A DNA stretch of 64,000 nucleotides from Eledone cirrhosa (lineage: Eukaryota), in contig OZ024741.1 of NCBI GenBank assembly GCA_964016885.1, positions 301,816,001-301,880,000 of the forward strand, in the 5' to 3' direction. This document shows positions 28,840-42,656 of this stretch, piece after piece. Made by a program: the position numbers and the translations under genes. The notes beneath the pieces were generated by a model. That model made no database searches. It was not told where the DNA came from and worked only from the letters and a program-made list of their open reading frames with translations. How positions within the stretch are numbered: position 1 is the first letter of the stretch; each line of letters starts with the position of its first letter.

Positions 28840-29460
28840 TATCACACGCCTGCCAGGATAGGTCGCAGGTCAATCGGCAGTGTTGCAGCGTTTGATGGAG
28901 ACTGCAATATATATATGTATCGAACAGGCTCCTGTACCTAAAACTCGAACGCGTCCCTTGTTAATCTGCATGAAGGACAATGAGGTGTGAATGTTTTTGC
29001 TGTTTCCGGCCATATTGTGGTGTTTTATCTCATTCGAGCCAGTCACCGGTTTAGTGCTTTTCTCAGAACTGCGAAGACTAGGCTTTTTTAGATGCGGCCT
29101 TTACTCGCCCTGTCGTAGTAACATCACTGGATTGTGAGAGTTTTCTTGGGAGCTGACAGTGTCACCTATTCCTACATCTCCCCTAGTAGTTTACTTTTGG
29201 GGGACACAGGGAGGATCCGGAAGGGTACAAAACTTGACAATTGGTAACTGGGACGTTACAACTCTTATAGGCAAGGAGCAGGAACTAGTGGAAGAGGCCA
29301 GATGCTACCGGCTAGATATAGTCGAAGATTCCTAAACAAAGTTTCGTATCTCTAATACTTTAGATTTGGATCAGGGGACGCCAGGAATGACTGCACAGGT
29401 GGGAGAGGGGATATTCACAATACCCTGGTTGTCAGAATGTGTTATGAACTGAATCGGAAG
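28840..29460 (+). mobile_element. RTE-clade LINE 5' fragment (UTR plus APE N-terminus)
   Basis: LTIGNWDVTTLIGKEQELVEEARCYRLDIV at ~29235-29325; 5' boundary approximate. Confidence 0.75.
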
Positions 29461-29716
29461 ATTTACCTCTAGAACAGGTTACTCCGTTATAGAAAGGGAG
29501 GGTTTTCCTGCAGTGGGTTATGATATGCTTGTCCAAGTCATAGATGATGGCGAACTCCAAAGATTTGATGATTTGAAGACATTTTTACCGCTTTCACTTC
29601 CCGCACCTTGAGCGTTGCCCACTCTCTAGCTTTCGAAACTTGGGGGATGCTTGTCACCCAAACATTATACACACACGCGCACACACGCACACACGCACAC
29701 ACGCATATATATATAC

Positions 29717-29785
<69 letters not shown>

Positions 29786-29904
29786 CGTGTATGTGTATGT
29801 GTGTTTGTATATGACTACATACATATATGCGTTCATACATGCATTTAAGCATACACAATGGCCGTCAACTCGCTAGATAAGTAAGACTATCGCTGGTAAA
29901 TAAT

Positions 29905-30283
29905 TGTTTCTACTTTTGGCACAAGACCAGCAATTACTCAATACATTACTGGTATTTATTTTATCGACCCCGTAAGGATGAAAGGCAAAGTTAACCTCGA
30001 CGGGATTTGAACTCAGACCGTAAAGGGACGTAACTATGCTGGAAAGTATGGCGTCCGACCCTCCACTGATACTGCGAATTCCCTGGTAAATAATTGTTTT
30101 TACTTTTGGCGCAAGGCCAGCAATTACTCAGTACATTACTGGTACTTTATTTTATCGACCCCGTAACGATGAACGGCAAAGTTAACCTCGACGGGATTTG
30201 AACTCAGACCGTAAAGGGACGTAACTATGCTAGAAAGCATGGCCTCCAACCCTCTACCAATACTGCCAATTCACCGCCCTTCA
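29905..30283 (-). mobile_element. Tandem pair of tRNA-derived SINEs
   Basis: Two ~185-bp copies with B-box gttcaaatcc on the minus strand; 12-bp ctggtaaataat at 29893, 30083 and 30284. Confidence 0.85.
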
Positions 30284-31352
30284 CTGGTAAATAATGCGTC
30301 TCTATTGGTCGTTGTGAGCCCTGCAGTGTCTTTTAAAGCCTGCTAGGGACTTGCATGGTTTGTTGCATAAAATCCATTAGAATTTACTCCCTCCATCATT
30401 CGAACCCTTCATTCTGATCCGGATCATGATTATGTATTTTTGTGTGCCACATATTCCACATGTCAAATTGGCTGCAAGGAATTGGTCATACTCGACTTGT
30501 TGCATTTCTCCATGTTTACGTATATAACTTGTATATCCAGCTTTTGAGAAACATTCGGCCACATGAAATGCATATAAACTGAGGTACAGAGGTCTCCACA
30601 TAGTGACTATCCTTAGCTGCACGGTTAATGCTAACCCATTCCGTAGTATTCTTGAAAATGTCTTCTACCATCAGAGATAATGATGCAACAGTATATCTAA
30701 TAAGTACTCCCAGCGGAATGGCTTAATTTTGAGCTGTTTCATACAATCCTAGAAAGGTAGCTTTGGTTTGCGCTTTGGTTTGTGACTAAATTATTAATAT
30801 CAATATCTTATCCTTATCTTCATTATATCACAATATATTTGATTAATACGGAAAAAATAACATTTGGTTATATGATATCCATTTTGGCAGCTGCAAATTA
30901 TGAGTTTATAGCCGCCAGAAATCTATGGTGAGTCTTTTCTAATATCACATACAAATAACAATTTTGTTTGTGGCAGCTCGTCATTTTTTAAATGTTATTA
31001 TTATAGGTTTATTACTCTCTTTGCATCATACTTGTCTTTAAATACACACGCCCACACGCCTATTAAAAGTCTTGTTTTTTTTTTCAATTTTGTAACATTT
31101 CAGAAATTAAAGGCAGATTCTATCGAAAAGAATTACAAGAGAATGAAAACATAATGAAAATGAAAATATTGCTAAGAATAGGAACAGTAATCAGAATCTG
31201 CGATTGTTAAAAGAGATTTGATGGTATGCATATGTGTGAAGTACATAATAAATATACATATACACACACACACAAACACACATATATATATATGGGGGGT
31301 GTTCGCACACGCATATACATACATATACATATATATATATATATATATATAT

Positions 31353-32546
31353 GCGTGTAGACTTAAACTTAAAGAACAATTAGAAGACCCCTTAACCCTG
31401 ATAATGTACTCCCGCTACGTTGATGATATAAACATCGTAGTTAAGACACCCCCACTAGAGAACAGTCAGGAACTAGAGAAAAACACAATGGAAAGCATCC
31501 AGCAAATAGCTAACTCCATCCACCAGAGCATTAGAGTTACTATAGACTACCCAAGTAAACACCCCAACCATCGATTACCTGTACTAGACACAGAGCTCTG
31601 GTTAGATACCATTAATAACAAAAAACAAATCCTCCATTCCCATTATGCCAAACCCATGACTTCCAAACATCTGATCCACCGAAACTTGGCCGTTTCGGAC
31701 CATACCAAAATCAACATACTGATTGCGGATTTGGTACGGGTGATGAGAAACGTGTCCCGCATGTGCAACCCCGAAGAACTAGAGAGACACATACAACACT
31801 TCATCCACCGTATGCAGTTCTCTGGCTACAATCAGAGAGATAAAATCAGAGTGTATAGAGGAGCCAGAACCAAATGGGAAAAAATGGTAAATAATGACAT
31901 AAATGGGACCTGCGCCTTGTATAGGAGCAAATTTTGGAATAGAATAGAAAGAACTAGGAACAAGGCTAATAGAATAAATTCATGGTATGATAGCAATAAA
32001 TACCAGAGTGTAATGTTCATCGATACAACCCCTAGAGGTGAATTAGCTTACAAATTTAGAAGGGCCCTAGATAAACATAAACTCAATATTAAGATAGTAG
32101 AAAGACCAGGTACCTCCGTAAAAACACTTATTAGCAAGACATACCCTTTTCAAAGACCCTCATGTATAGATAAGAAATGTATAACCTGTAAAATAAGCCC
32201 CCATATTAACTGTAAAACTAGAAATGTAGTGTATAGCATAAGATGTACTAAAGGACAATGTAGAGACAAAAATATAGTGTACATAGGTGAGACAGCTCGT
32301 AGTGTAGGGGAACGGATAAATGAACACTGGCGAGACCTTCAAGATAGTAAAGAATCATCTGTACTCTACCAACATGCTAAAATAGAACACAAGGGTAAAT
32401 TAGAGAACATAGAAATAAAAATAGAATCTACACACAGAAAAGACGCAATGTTTAGACAAATCACAGAGGCAATAAACATAAAAGAATTACAACCAAAATT
32501 AAATAGAAAATATGAGTGGAACAGCAACATCACAACTTACAATTAA
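31353..32546 (+). pseudogene. PLE RT C-terminal half plus GIY-YIG endonuclease (uninterrupted, 5'-truncated)
   Basis: YSRYVDDI, LPVLD, CIDKKCITC, VVYSIRC..C..YIGETAR..RINEH..LYQH. Confidence 0.92.
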
Positions 32547-32747
32547 GAACAAAATGAATACACACACACACATAGAACAAACAACCAACCAGTAACATGT
32601 AAATAAACAAATAAATAAATGAACATAAACACACACAGACACCCGGGTGTGGCGCATGCGCAGACTGAGCACACAACACACACACAGAAACAAAATGGCG
32701 TAGGACAGAACAAAGGAGAGGCACAGAAACAAAGAAAGGAATCCCCA

Positions 32748-32790
32748 GTCACTGAAGAGGTCACAGAGTGTGTGACGAAAGAACTATGAC
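32748..32790 (+). ncRNA. Minimal hammerhead motif with extra base after A9 (family B)
   Basis: gtca CTGAAGA g gtcaca-gagtg-tgtgac GAAA gaac TA tgac. Confidence 0.75.
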
Positions 32791-33038
32791 AATATATAAA
32801 CAACTATCTGGTTGTGGAACCAACCAACCAACCAGAAATTTATAAATTTATAAATTTATTATAAATTTATTATAATAAATTGAAGTGAAAGCAACTGGTG
32901 CGTGTGTTTCTTATTGGCAACATGACCCTCCCAAAGTACAACAATATCGGTTTCAACACACGATTTCAGATAAAGAATCTTGCTAAACAAATTCAGAAAC
33001 GAAATATATATATATATATATATATAGGAACGAGTAGG

Positions 33039-33134
33039 ACCCCGACGGCTGAGCTCAAGCCGTTTCGACGGCTAATTCTGGACTAAATGAAAATTGTTAT
33101 CCTGGTATTTGAATAGCCGAGCTTCTCAAGGGGT
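33039..33134 (-). ncRNA. U3-A8 variant hammerhead (family A)
   Basis: acccc TTGAGAA g-ct-cggcta...tagccg-t-c GAAA cggct-tgagctc-agccg TC ggggt. Confidence 0.8.
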
Positions 33135-34100
33135 AATTCCATATATGGTAAAAGTGATTGTCACAAGGATTGGTCAAAAGTTTGTTGTTGAGACATAATA
33201 ATTCTATGATGGCAATGTGTGGAGGGAAGGGGTAGCTGAACCTGCTAGTAGGAGAAAGAATGAGAGGGGATGGAGGAGACCCAATCATGCGTTGATAGTG
33301 CCGACTGCAGCTGGGCATGAGGTCAAAGAAGATACTAGGGAGGGGGAGGGGAGGAAGTTGAAACAATAAGTAGAACAATATGGGGTAAATATAACTATTT
33401 ATTTTTTTTTTTGGGGGGGGGGGATTCTGAATTAATTTTCCGTATCAAATTTTACTTATACTTCGTACGAGCTTTTATGTAGCTTGCACTAGAACTTTTG
33501 TATCGTGGCGGCACCCTTAGAGATAGTATTAGTATTCTTTTCGGGACTCTGAATTATTATTTCGTATTAGTTTACTTTTTTGCACTGGGTGGTTGCTGGC
33601 CTTGTGCCTGGGGTAGAAACCTTTATTTATTATTTCGTGGTAGTTTCTTTAGTATGTTGGCCCCTCACTTGTTGACCCGTCACCGTAAGATATACTCGGT
33701 TTATTACTTATACCTCTTAAAAGGGTCTCATTATAATTCCGTCCTACCTAGTATACCTTTCTTTAGCCTAGCAATACCAGTGAGAGACTTAGGTCGTAGT
33801 AACCAGAAATTGTTTTTTTTTTTTTTTACATTTAATTGCTTTTTAACACTCTCGGTATTTTTCTATATATTTACCCCATATTGTTTTACTTATTGTTTCG
33901 ACTTCCTCCCCCTCCCTCTCCCTAGTATCTTCTTTGACCTCATGCCCAGCTTTAGTCGGCACTATCAACGCATGATTGGGTCTCCTCCACCCCTCTCCCT
34001 CTTTCTCCGACTGGCAGGTTCAGCTACCCCTTCCCTCCACAAATTGCCATCATACTTTTGACCAATCCTTGTAACAATCACTTTTACCATATATGGAATT

Positions 34101-34196
34101 ACCTCTTGAGAAGCTCAGCTATTCAAATACCAGGATAAAAATTTTCATTTAGTCCAGAATTAGCCGTCGAAATGGCTTGAGCTCAGCCGTCGGGGT
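34101..34196 (+). ncRNA. U3-A8 variant hammerhead (family A), slightly decayed
   Basis: acctc TTGAGAA g...c GAAA tggct..agccg TC ggggt. Confidence 0.7.
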
Positions 34197-34287
34197 CCTA
34201 CTCGTTCCTATTACCCACTCTACTACCCTAAGTATTGAGTACTTTGGTGCGTTATGGTCCACCTGGTTCCTTACCACATTTCCTCCG

Positions 34288-34328
<41 letters not shown>

Positions 34329-34331
<3 letters not shown>

Positions 34332-35600
34332 GGTGTGGACGGTATTTGAGGACAGATTTATGGTTTTTAAAAAACCGTTTATATAATAACAGAAAAAAAC
34401 TGTATTCTTATAAAAATAACATAAACATAAAGCTAAATTATCAATTTAATAATTTCATTCAATAAAACCACCATAAGCATCAATAACTGCCTCTACACGG
34501 GGTCGAAATCGTTTGCAAGCTCGGATTAAGTGGTCCTTGTTCATATCGGACATGACTCGAATTATGGCGGCTTTCAAAGAATCTTTCGTGCTATGGGTGT
34601 GTTCATTGACATTTTTCTCAACAGTGCTCCATACATAGTAGTCTAGTGGATTGATATCTGGAGAATTAGGAGGCCAAATGTTGGGGGTTGATGTGATCAT
34701 GCAAATTGTCAGCCATCCATTCTTGTGTCATTTGAGCCTTGTGTGATGGTGCAGAATCTTGTTGAAAGACATAAGGCCTTCCATTGCATACACTGTTGAT
34801 CCAAGGCTTAACAACTTTATCCAGAACTTCAATATATGCAGCAGCATTCACTCTAAGGCCTTGTGGAAAAAAAGTGAGGAGGGATCACATGTCCTTCATT
34901 GCTAATAACACCTAAAAACATGACACTTGCAAGAAATTTTGCCTGCATTACTCTTGGAACCTCAGAAGGCTTCTGCACATAGCCACCTGTCATTTCTTCT
35001 GTTAGTTTTGTGGTCCTAGTTAAAGTTTTTCTCATCTGAGACACAACCAAATCACACCATCTTCTGATGAATTTTTAAGTTTGTTTAAAAGTCTTTTGGA
35101 TCTGATTAAACGCTTTTCTTTTGTTTTTTTCTGACGTGAATCGACCTCTCCTCATCACGTAAGATTTGTATGTGATGTCTTCATGCACAGCATTTCTGAT
35201 TGTTTTTTCTTACACCCCAAAACTTTTTGCAATTGACCTCATTGATTTTCCTGGATTGTCATCAATGTTTTGCTTAACTTCCTGAATAAATTCAGGTGTC
35301 CTGATAGAATCAGAGCGTTTGGAATGTTTGTTTACGTTTTGATACAGGTAGTACGCTTCCATCTTCTTTCTCTAACACACACCGAATCTTGTGGACAAAA
35401 GACCTTGCAACTTTCAGAAAACGAGAAATTTCTAAATCCCCATGCTTAGCCTTCAAAGCCACAATCACAGCATGCCTTTTCATTTCATTAGTAAGCATAG
35501 TTATTTTCATTGTTATTTTCTGAAATAGAAGTTCAATAAAAATTAGTCAAATAAAATAATGACTAAAAATAAATGTGTCCTCAAATACCCCCACCCCCCA
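34329..35600 (-). mobile_element. Tc1/mariner DD37D (maT-type) transposon with frameshifted transposase
   Basis: TIR cagggtgtggacggtatttgaggaca / tgtcctcaaatacc; FQQDSAPSH...WPPNSPDINPLDY gives 37 residues between the last two Asp across one frameshift. Confidence 0.88.
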
Positions 35601-36049
35601 CTCTTAAGCGTGAAACTAATATTAACATTGTCGTCTTTCTGTCATTTAATTTTTTTTTATCAATATATATATATAATATAGAAATGGCTTCTACGGGATT
35701 AGAACTGTTTCATTCTAAGGAAATCATCAGAAAATTCGACTGTCAATATGTTATGGAGGTATTTATACATTTTCTGGTGGTAGGGGAAGGTGGTGATTGG
35801 GATGGGTGGAAGTCATTGGCTGGTGGATTTAAAGAATGGGGATTCTTTGAAAAAACTATACTTAGAAAAATACTTATGTATGTGATATTGATGTGTTTTA
35901 AATAATTGCAATGAGGAACGTATACAGTGACTGAAGAAAAGCAGCTATATACATATAAGCCACATGCAAAAGTACCTGAAATCCAACCACAGCCGGCTAT
36001 TGGCACATATTCTTCATTGACCATACTTAAATATGGAATGATACGTGAT

Positions 36050-37670
36050 GCCCACCCTCCGTGCAGCGGAACCTGGGTTAGTCGCAGACTGCACCAGGTT
36101 GCGGCTGCAGAAAGTGTCGGTGCAAGTGGCATCCCAGACGAGGGGTTTGCCACCTCGGAACGGGAAGATGGTCATGCCATCTGGCCTTTTGCCGTCCCCT
36201 CTTCCAGCCCCACCAGCTCGAGCTGGGAAGGGAAGCCTGCAACATCCAGGCCATGCTTTATGACATCGTTGAGGGCGACATGGCGTTGAAGGCGGCCGGC
36301 ACTGTGGCGACAGGAAAGCGGGTGGAGGCCGAAAGAGTCCACGGTGGATCCGCAGCGACATTGGTGTGGCTCGCAGATCCGGAGGCCGGACTCAAGGAAT
36401 CACCGATGCGCAGACTATTGTTGTCTAGCTGCATGCCAGTGGAGAAGGAGGGCAGGGCATGAAGCCAGGCACCACTGTGGGGTTTGGAGGCCGCACGAAA
36501 ACAGGCAAGGCGGTGCTGGTCGAGCTGGCGCGTGAGCCTGTCTAAGGCCAGGCTGCACTGGATGGCATCCCAAGTGCTTTGGTGTGACTTGACGTCAACA
36601 GTGGGAGAAGAAGGAGGGACGTCTACTGGGCTAAGTCCCAGCCGGTCCCACGTCTCACAGGCGGCTTCACGTTCTCTGTACACAGAGGGTTCTATTGTTT
36701 TTTTAAGAACCCTGCTGACGAGGACGCGGCACGAGGTTACCGACGAAAGATACGCCGATAAAGCCAGTGAGATCGGGGACCGGAGGCCAAGGCCGCCATA
36801 CCTGACAGGTAAAGTGGCCTGATGCTATCCAATGTCGTCAAACTTGACATTGCATATCTCCTCAGCTGCTGCTCGGATACAAGTATCGAGGTCAGCGAAG
36901 AGAGATGTCTGGGTGTAGCACGGAGCGATGCGAAGGGTATAGAGGAACTTCGGCATGGGGAAGCAGTTCCTCAACAGAAAGAGAGCTGGGTGGCCGTCGA
37001 TCAAGCCCAGTCGGCTCGTGAGAGTCTGGAGTTGTTGAAGCCTGGACCTGATGGTGGAGTGGATGGCCGGCGGGTGGATCGGTGACCCGAGGATGAGGAC
37101 ATCCTCTTTGGGGGTCATCTATGCCTGGTGGAGAATGGATCGCATGTCCGAGATGGAGGCTGCAAAGCTTTCAGCATCGTGGCTGACATTAACCACCTCC
37201 GACTTGGCCGAGTTGACCTGGAGGCCGATTGCCGCCAGGGCAGGAACCACCGTTTGTAGGTCATGGCAGACAGTCTGTACGGGCCCGCCCAAGGTAGCAT
37301 TATCCAGATACCAAACGTTGAGAGGGGCCGTGATACTCCGAGCGATGTGGTTTATACCAAGGGCAAATAGGAGGGGTCCCAAAGTGTCGCCCTGTTGGAC
37401 CCTAGTGGCCGACGATATGACTATATCAGCAGCAAGGAGCATGCTCGGGGCTCCATACGATAGGTAGGCCAGCGGGTAGGCAGAGGGGGCTCGGCTGAGG
37501 CAGGCATCGAGCAGATGGTTCCGGCGTAAACAGTTGAAGGCATTCTTCATGTCAAGCTTGACAATGAGGTGCCTGGAGTCCCTGGATGCTGGTTCCGGTG
37601 GGCAGCTGTTGAAGAACTGCCTGGTTGCGGCCCCCTCACAGCCACCGGACGCGTCGGCACTGCCTCTTCG
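36050..37670 (-). mobile_element. CRE-clade non-LTR fragment (RT plus restriction-like EN), decayed
   Basis: GGCEGAA, KLDMKNAFN, VQQGDTLGPLLF, WYLDNATLGG, SGAWLHALP, RPDGMTIFPF..LVWDATCTDT; GC-rich. Confidence 0.88.
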
Positions 37671-37888
37671 CTTCCACGTTGTTTTTTGTTTACTGTCTCA
37701 ACTATAAAATATATATATTTGTATGTATATATACATATATATATATTTTATATATATATATATATATATGTATATAGTATATATATATATAAAAAAGGAA
37801 CGATCGACTTTCGTCAAATCGGACCGAGGGAACAATGTTACCGTTGGTCTTTCCAATTGCTAATACTATCTATCGGTCGCAACTCCAG

Positions 37889-38010
37889 GTAGAAGGAGCA
37901 ACGTGAAATAAAGTGTCTTGCTCAAGGACATAACGCATCGCCTGGTCCAGGAATCGAACTCACAACTTTACGATTGCGAATCCAATTCTCTAACCACTCA
38001 GCCACACGCC
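37889..38010 (-). mobile_element. tRNA-derived SINE 5' part
   Basis: Minus strand A-box tggctgagtgg, B-box gttcgattcc, then tgtccttgagcaagacacttta. Confidence 0.8.
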
Positions 38011-38083
38011 TTCATATATATATATATATATATTATACAGATATATATATATTTAGTTATGTAATAAACAACATAGGAAAATT

Positions 38084-38145
38084 ATTTAATTTACAAGTGG
38101 TTTCTTGAAGACAGATGTGTCTGTCTTCAGTCGTCAGAATGAATT
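38084..38145 (-). ncRNA. Hammerhead motif (C.A-closed stem II) in a solo pLTR-like unit at ~38053-38515
   Basis: catt CTGACGA c-tgaagacaga-caca-tctgtcttca-a GAAA ccacttg TA aatt; perfect 10-bp stem II, imperfect stem I. Confidence 0.68.
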
Positions 38146-38519
38146 AAAAAAACATGGTGTTTTTATTAAATATGGATTTCAAAACAAAATTTAGGAAATA
38201 TGAAAGTAAGGCTGTAAAAAACGGACGAAAAGGAAATAGAGGAAAAAAATAAAAAATATATATATAAAAATATAAATTTTCAAAACGTAAAGGTACACAC
38301 ACTCAACTACGTGCATATACCTAATAGTACATACACGTATACTTTCTCACATAAGCGTATTTGCGTTTACAAAAAAATACGGACGGGAACATAAATACAT
38401 ACACATACATATACACAGATATATATGCACTCAAAAATGTACACACAGATACGGGAAGTAGTTAGGAAGCAGGAATAACTAAATAAATAAATGAGAACAA
38501 AAATACAAAAAAATATATG

Positions 38520-38569
<50 letters not shown>

Positions 38570-38579
38570 AGTAAGTAAG

Positions 38580-38674
38580 ACCCCGACGGCTGAGCTCAAG
38601 CCGTTTCGACGGCTAATTCTGTACTGAATGAAAAATCAGTTCTGGTATTTAGATAGCCGAACTTGTCAAGGGGC
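38580..38674 (-). ncRNA. U3-A8 variant hammerhead (family A, N7=C)
   Basis: gcccc TTGACAA g...c GAAA cggct..agccg TC ggggt. Confidence 0.8.
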
Positions 38675-39393
38675 AATTCCATATATGGTCAAAGAGATAA
38701 TTACTAGGATAGGTCATCCCACAAGGTAGTAGTAATTCAGCGATGGCAAGTTGGTGGGGGAGGTAGCCAAACCTGCCAGTAGGAGAAAAGGGGAGAGGGG
38801 GCGGAGTAGACCCATTCATGCGTTGGTGGTGCCAGCTACAGCTGGGTGTGAGGTAAAAGACGAGGCAGGGAAGGGGGGGGAGGTCAATACGGTAAGTAGA
38901 ACGATGAAAATGTAAAACAGTAAAAGGTACTGGGAGAGAAAAGAAATATAAGCGGAATCTGGTAACTAAGAAATAGGCTGAAGAAATACATAAATAAGTA
39001 AATAAGAAATACATAAATAATATTCCACATAAGTAAATAAGAAATACAAAAAATAATATCCCACATAAGTAAATAAGAAATACATAAAGAATATTCCACA
39101 TAAGTAAATAAGAAATACATGAATAATATTCCACATAAGTAAATAAGAAATATGTAAATAATATTCCACATAAGTAAATAAGAAAATATTCCACATAAGT
39201 AAATAAGAAATACATAAGTAATATTCCACATAAGTAAATAAGAAATACGTAAATAATGTTCCACAAGAAATACATAAGTGAGTAAATAAACAGATAAGTG
39301 AGTAAAAGGATGGATAGATAGATTTTTTTAAAAAATATATATATATATATACAATATTAAATAAATGGAAAACTATATTTATAAAACCATATT

Positions 39394-39459
39394 TATTTCA
39401 TTATATATATTTCGGGGATATCATATTAACAATATGCTATGCCTTCATCAGACAAAATA
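39394..39459 (-). ncRNA. Hammerhead motif (family C), inverted copy
   Basis: Reverse complement of 42591-42656. Confidence 0.65.
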
Positions 39460-39819
39460 CAATATAAACAGTTTTATAGATAAATATATTCGACATACCG
39501 TAATAAACATCAACTTCATTTGAAGAGGTTTACTCTAGCAGTGAAAATACAGAGAGAAAGAAAGAGAGAAAGAAAAGAGGGAAAAACGAAAGAAAGAAAG
39601 ACAAAACGAAGAGAAGGAAGAAAAAGAAGAAAAAGAAAAAGAAGAAATGTATGGAACAAAATAGAGAGATGGAAAAATAGATAAAGTGAAGAGCTTCATG
39701 TAAAGAGACAGAAAGATATATATATATAGAGAGAGAGAGGAAATAGAGATAGATACATATATATATATAGAAAATTAGGTAGTGGGAGGTCATTTTGAGT
39801 AAGTGTATCAATGATACAT

Positions 39820-39850
<31 letters not shown>

Positions 39851-40922
39851 GCTCAAGTATTAATGTAAGGGAGATATATAGAGAGATATAGAGAGATATA
39901 GAGAGAGAAAAAAATTTAAAAATATCCAGACATATTCGAGGCGTAGAAAACCCTATGTTTTAATGTATTAGTATTTATAAAACTTACACTACACTGTAAA
40001 TATCAGTATTCCTGAATGAAACAAGTATTCACAATGTGTGAAAATTCATTATCTTATGTTTAGTTTTAAAAATTCATATGTCTATGTGACAGCTACAAAT
40101 CTCAATGTGAATCCAACTGATTCACTCCGCAAACTCTAAGTTATCGGAAAACATTCTCAATGTGGTATAACAATTTGAGCGTATTATTATTCTTGCGATT
40201 ACTCTACAAGATTATCTATCAAGCAGAAATAGAGAGCAGATTTCAATATACTAATCGAAAATATATATTATATTATAAACATAATAATAAGTAAAAATAT
40301 AGAATAGAAAACTAAAAAAATATTACGAAAGAATATTACATAATAAAAATATTGCATATTAAAAATACTACGTATTAAAAAATATTATGTATTAAAGATT
40401 TACATATAAAAATTTACATATAAAAATATATAAAAATATTTAAAAAAATAAATAAAATAAAAATAAAAATATTATAGAATACTACAATACTAAAAGAATA
40501 AAAGTAAAAATAAAAATAAAAATAAAAATAAAAATGAAAATAAAAATAAAAATAAACCACAAAAAAACAACCCTTCAAAGTTAATTGACAATATATTGCC
40601 ACGTTCACTACAAGACAAAGCCAAAAATTATCTATCAAATCACATCTAGCAAAGAATATCGTAAAAAGATTATGATGTCCAATTATGTCTACATATGTTC
40701 CTATGTTTAATATAGAAGTTTATCTAGTGTAAGGTTAATTCCAAAAAATTTGGAGCATCGGCTTTTAGGGTAGCTTAATTTTTCATGAGGAATGTTTAGA
40801 TAAAAATAAAAATAAATAAAATAAAATAAACAATAAAAAGAGTAAAACGAGGGAATCAAAGATTTAGGAATCAAAAGATTTATCGGCTAGTTCTCATATA
40901 AATATAAATCAAACTAAATATA

Positions 40923-41291
40923 CTACATTTTAAATTTAAATTTATATTTAAACGTTGAGTTTAATCTATGTTTGCAACAACTGAATAAATTTGTCCGTAG
41001 GTTAAGGGAGTTTTTAGATTTTAGTATAAAGAATATCTCCTCTGCACAGAGGTCACATGTCTCAGAGGATGAATTAAAAGGAATCCCTCTTGAGACTATA
41101 TTCCAAGCCGTCGAATATCTAACGTTATCTAGCTTAAGTTGCCAGAGTACCCCTGATAGTGCCGTTGAAGATTTTTTATTTGGATCTGTGAAAGAATTCT
41201 TGTGGTTATTATAGCGAAGTTTAAATTCCGTCGATGTGGAACCGACGTAGTTAAAAGAATTAGAGTCAGTATTAACATTACAATTGTATAC
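40923..41291 (-). pseudogene. PLE GIY-YIG endonuclease fragment (no start codon, absent from the ORF track)
   Basis: Manual translation: VYNCNVNTDSNSFNYVGSTSTEFKLRYNNHKNSF...CDLCAEE...SCCKHR. Confidence 0.88.
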
Positions 41292-42191
41292 TATATTTTA
41301 TTTTTATTTTTATTTTTATTTTCATTATTTTTATTTTCATTTTTATTTTTATTTTTATTTTTATTTTTATTTTTATTTTTATTTTTATTTTTATTTTTAT
41401 TTTTATTTTTATTTTTATTTTTATTTTTATTTTTATTTTTATTTTTATTTTTATTTTTATTTTTATTTTTATTTTTATTTTTATTTTTATTTTTACTTTT
41501 ATTCTTTTAGTATTGTAGTATTCTATAATATTTTTATTTTTATTTTATTTATTTTTTTTAATATTTTTATATATTTTTATATGTAAATTTTTATATGTAA
41601 ATTTTTATATGTATATTTTTATATGTAAATTTTTATATGTAAATCTTTAATACATAATATTTTTTAATACGTAGTATTTTTAATATGCAATATTTTTATT
41701 ATGTAATATTCTTTCGTAATATTTTTTTAGTTTTCTATTCTATATTTTTACTTATTATTATGTTTATAATATAATATATATTTTCGATTAGTATATTGAA
41801 ATCTGCTCTCTATTTCTGCTTGATAGATAATCTTGTAGAGTAATCGCAAGAATAATAATACGCTCAAATTGTTATACCACATTGAGAATGTTTTCCGATA
41901 ACTTAGAGTTTGCGGAGTGAATCAGTTGGATTCACATTGAGATTTGTAGCTGTCACATAGACATATGAATTTTTAAAACTAAACATAAGATAATGAATTT
42001 TCACACATTGTGAATACTTGTTTCATTCAGGAATACTGATATTTACAGTGTAGTGTAAGTTTTATAAATACTAATACATTAAAACATAGGGTTTTCTACG
42101 CCTCGAATATGTCTGGATATTTTTAAATTTTTTTCTCTCTCTATATCTCTCTATATCTCTCTATATATCTCCCTTACATTAATACTTGAGC

Positions 42192-42230
<39 letters not shown>

Positions 42231-42590
42231 ATGTATCATTGATACACTTACTCAAAATGACCTCCCACTACCTAATTTTCTATATATATATATGTATCTA
42301 TCTCTATTTCCTCTCTCTCTATATATATATATATCTTTCTGTCTCTTTACATGAAGCTCTTCACTTTATCTATTTTTCCATCTCTCTATTTTGTTCCATG
42401 CATTTCTTCTTTTTCTTTTTCTTCTTTTTCTTCCTTCTCTTCGTTTTGTCTTTCTTTCTTTCGTTTTTCCCTCTTTTCTTTCTCTCTTTCTTTCTCTCTG
42501 TATTTTCACTGCTAGAGTAAACCTCTTCAAATGAAGTTGATGTTTATTACGGTATGTCGAATATATTTATCTATAAAACTGTTTATATTG

Positions 42591-42656
42591 TATTTTGTCT
42601 GATGAAGGCATAGCATATTGTTAATATGATATCCCCGAAATATATATAATGAAATA
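42591..42656 (+). ncRNA. Minimal hammerhead motif (family C)
   Basis: tattttgt CTGATGA aggcatagcatatt-gtt-aatatgatatcccc GAAA tatata TA atgaaata; stem II partly mismatched. Confidence 0.68.

Larger units (their letters stand above)
31353..33004 (+). mobile_element. 5'-truncated PLE, Neptune/Nematis-like (family B), tailed
   Basis: Open ORF to 32546, then pLTR with hammerhead and tail; (TA)n flanks. Confidence 0.92.
33027..34288. mobile_element. Non-coding head-to-head PLE pLTR pair (family A)
   Basis: Minus arm 33027-33392 without tail; plus arm ~33405-34288 with 80-nt tail; similar to 49780-50652. Confidence 0.9.

Noticed and set aside
30377-30622. 81-aa minus-strand ORF with CGIC
   Set aside because: No recognisable domain or splice support; possibly a decayed transposon.
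35927-37467. Plus-strand ORFs in the GC-rich block
   Set aside because: Antisense shadows of the CRE-clade ORF on the minus strand.
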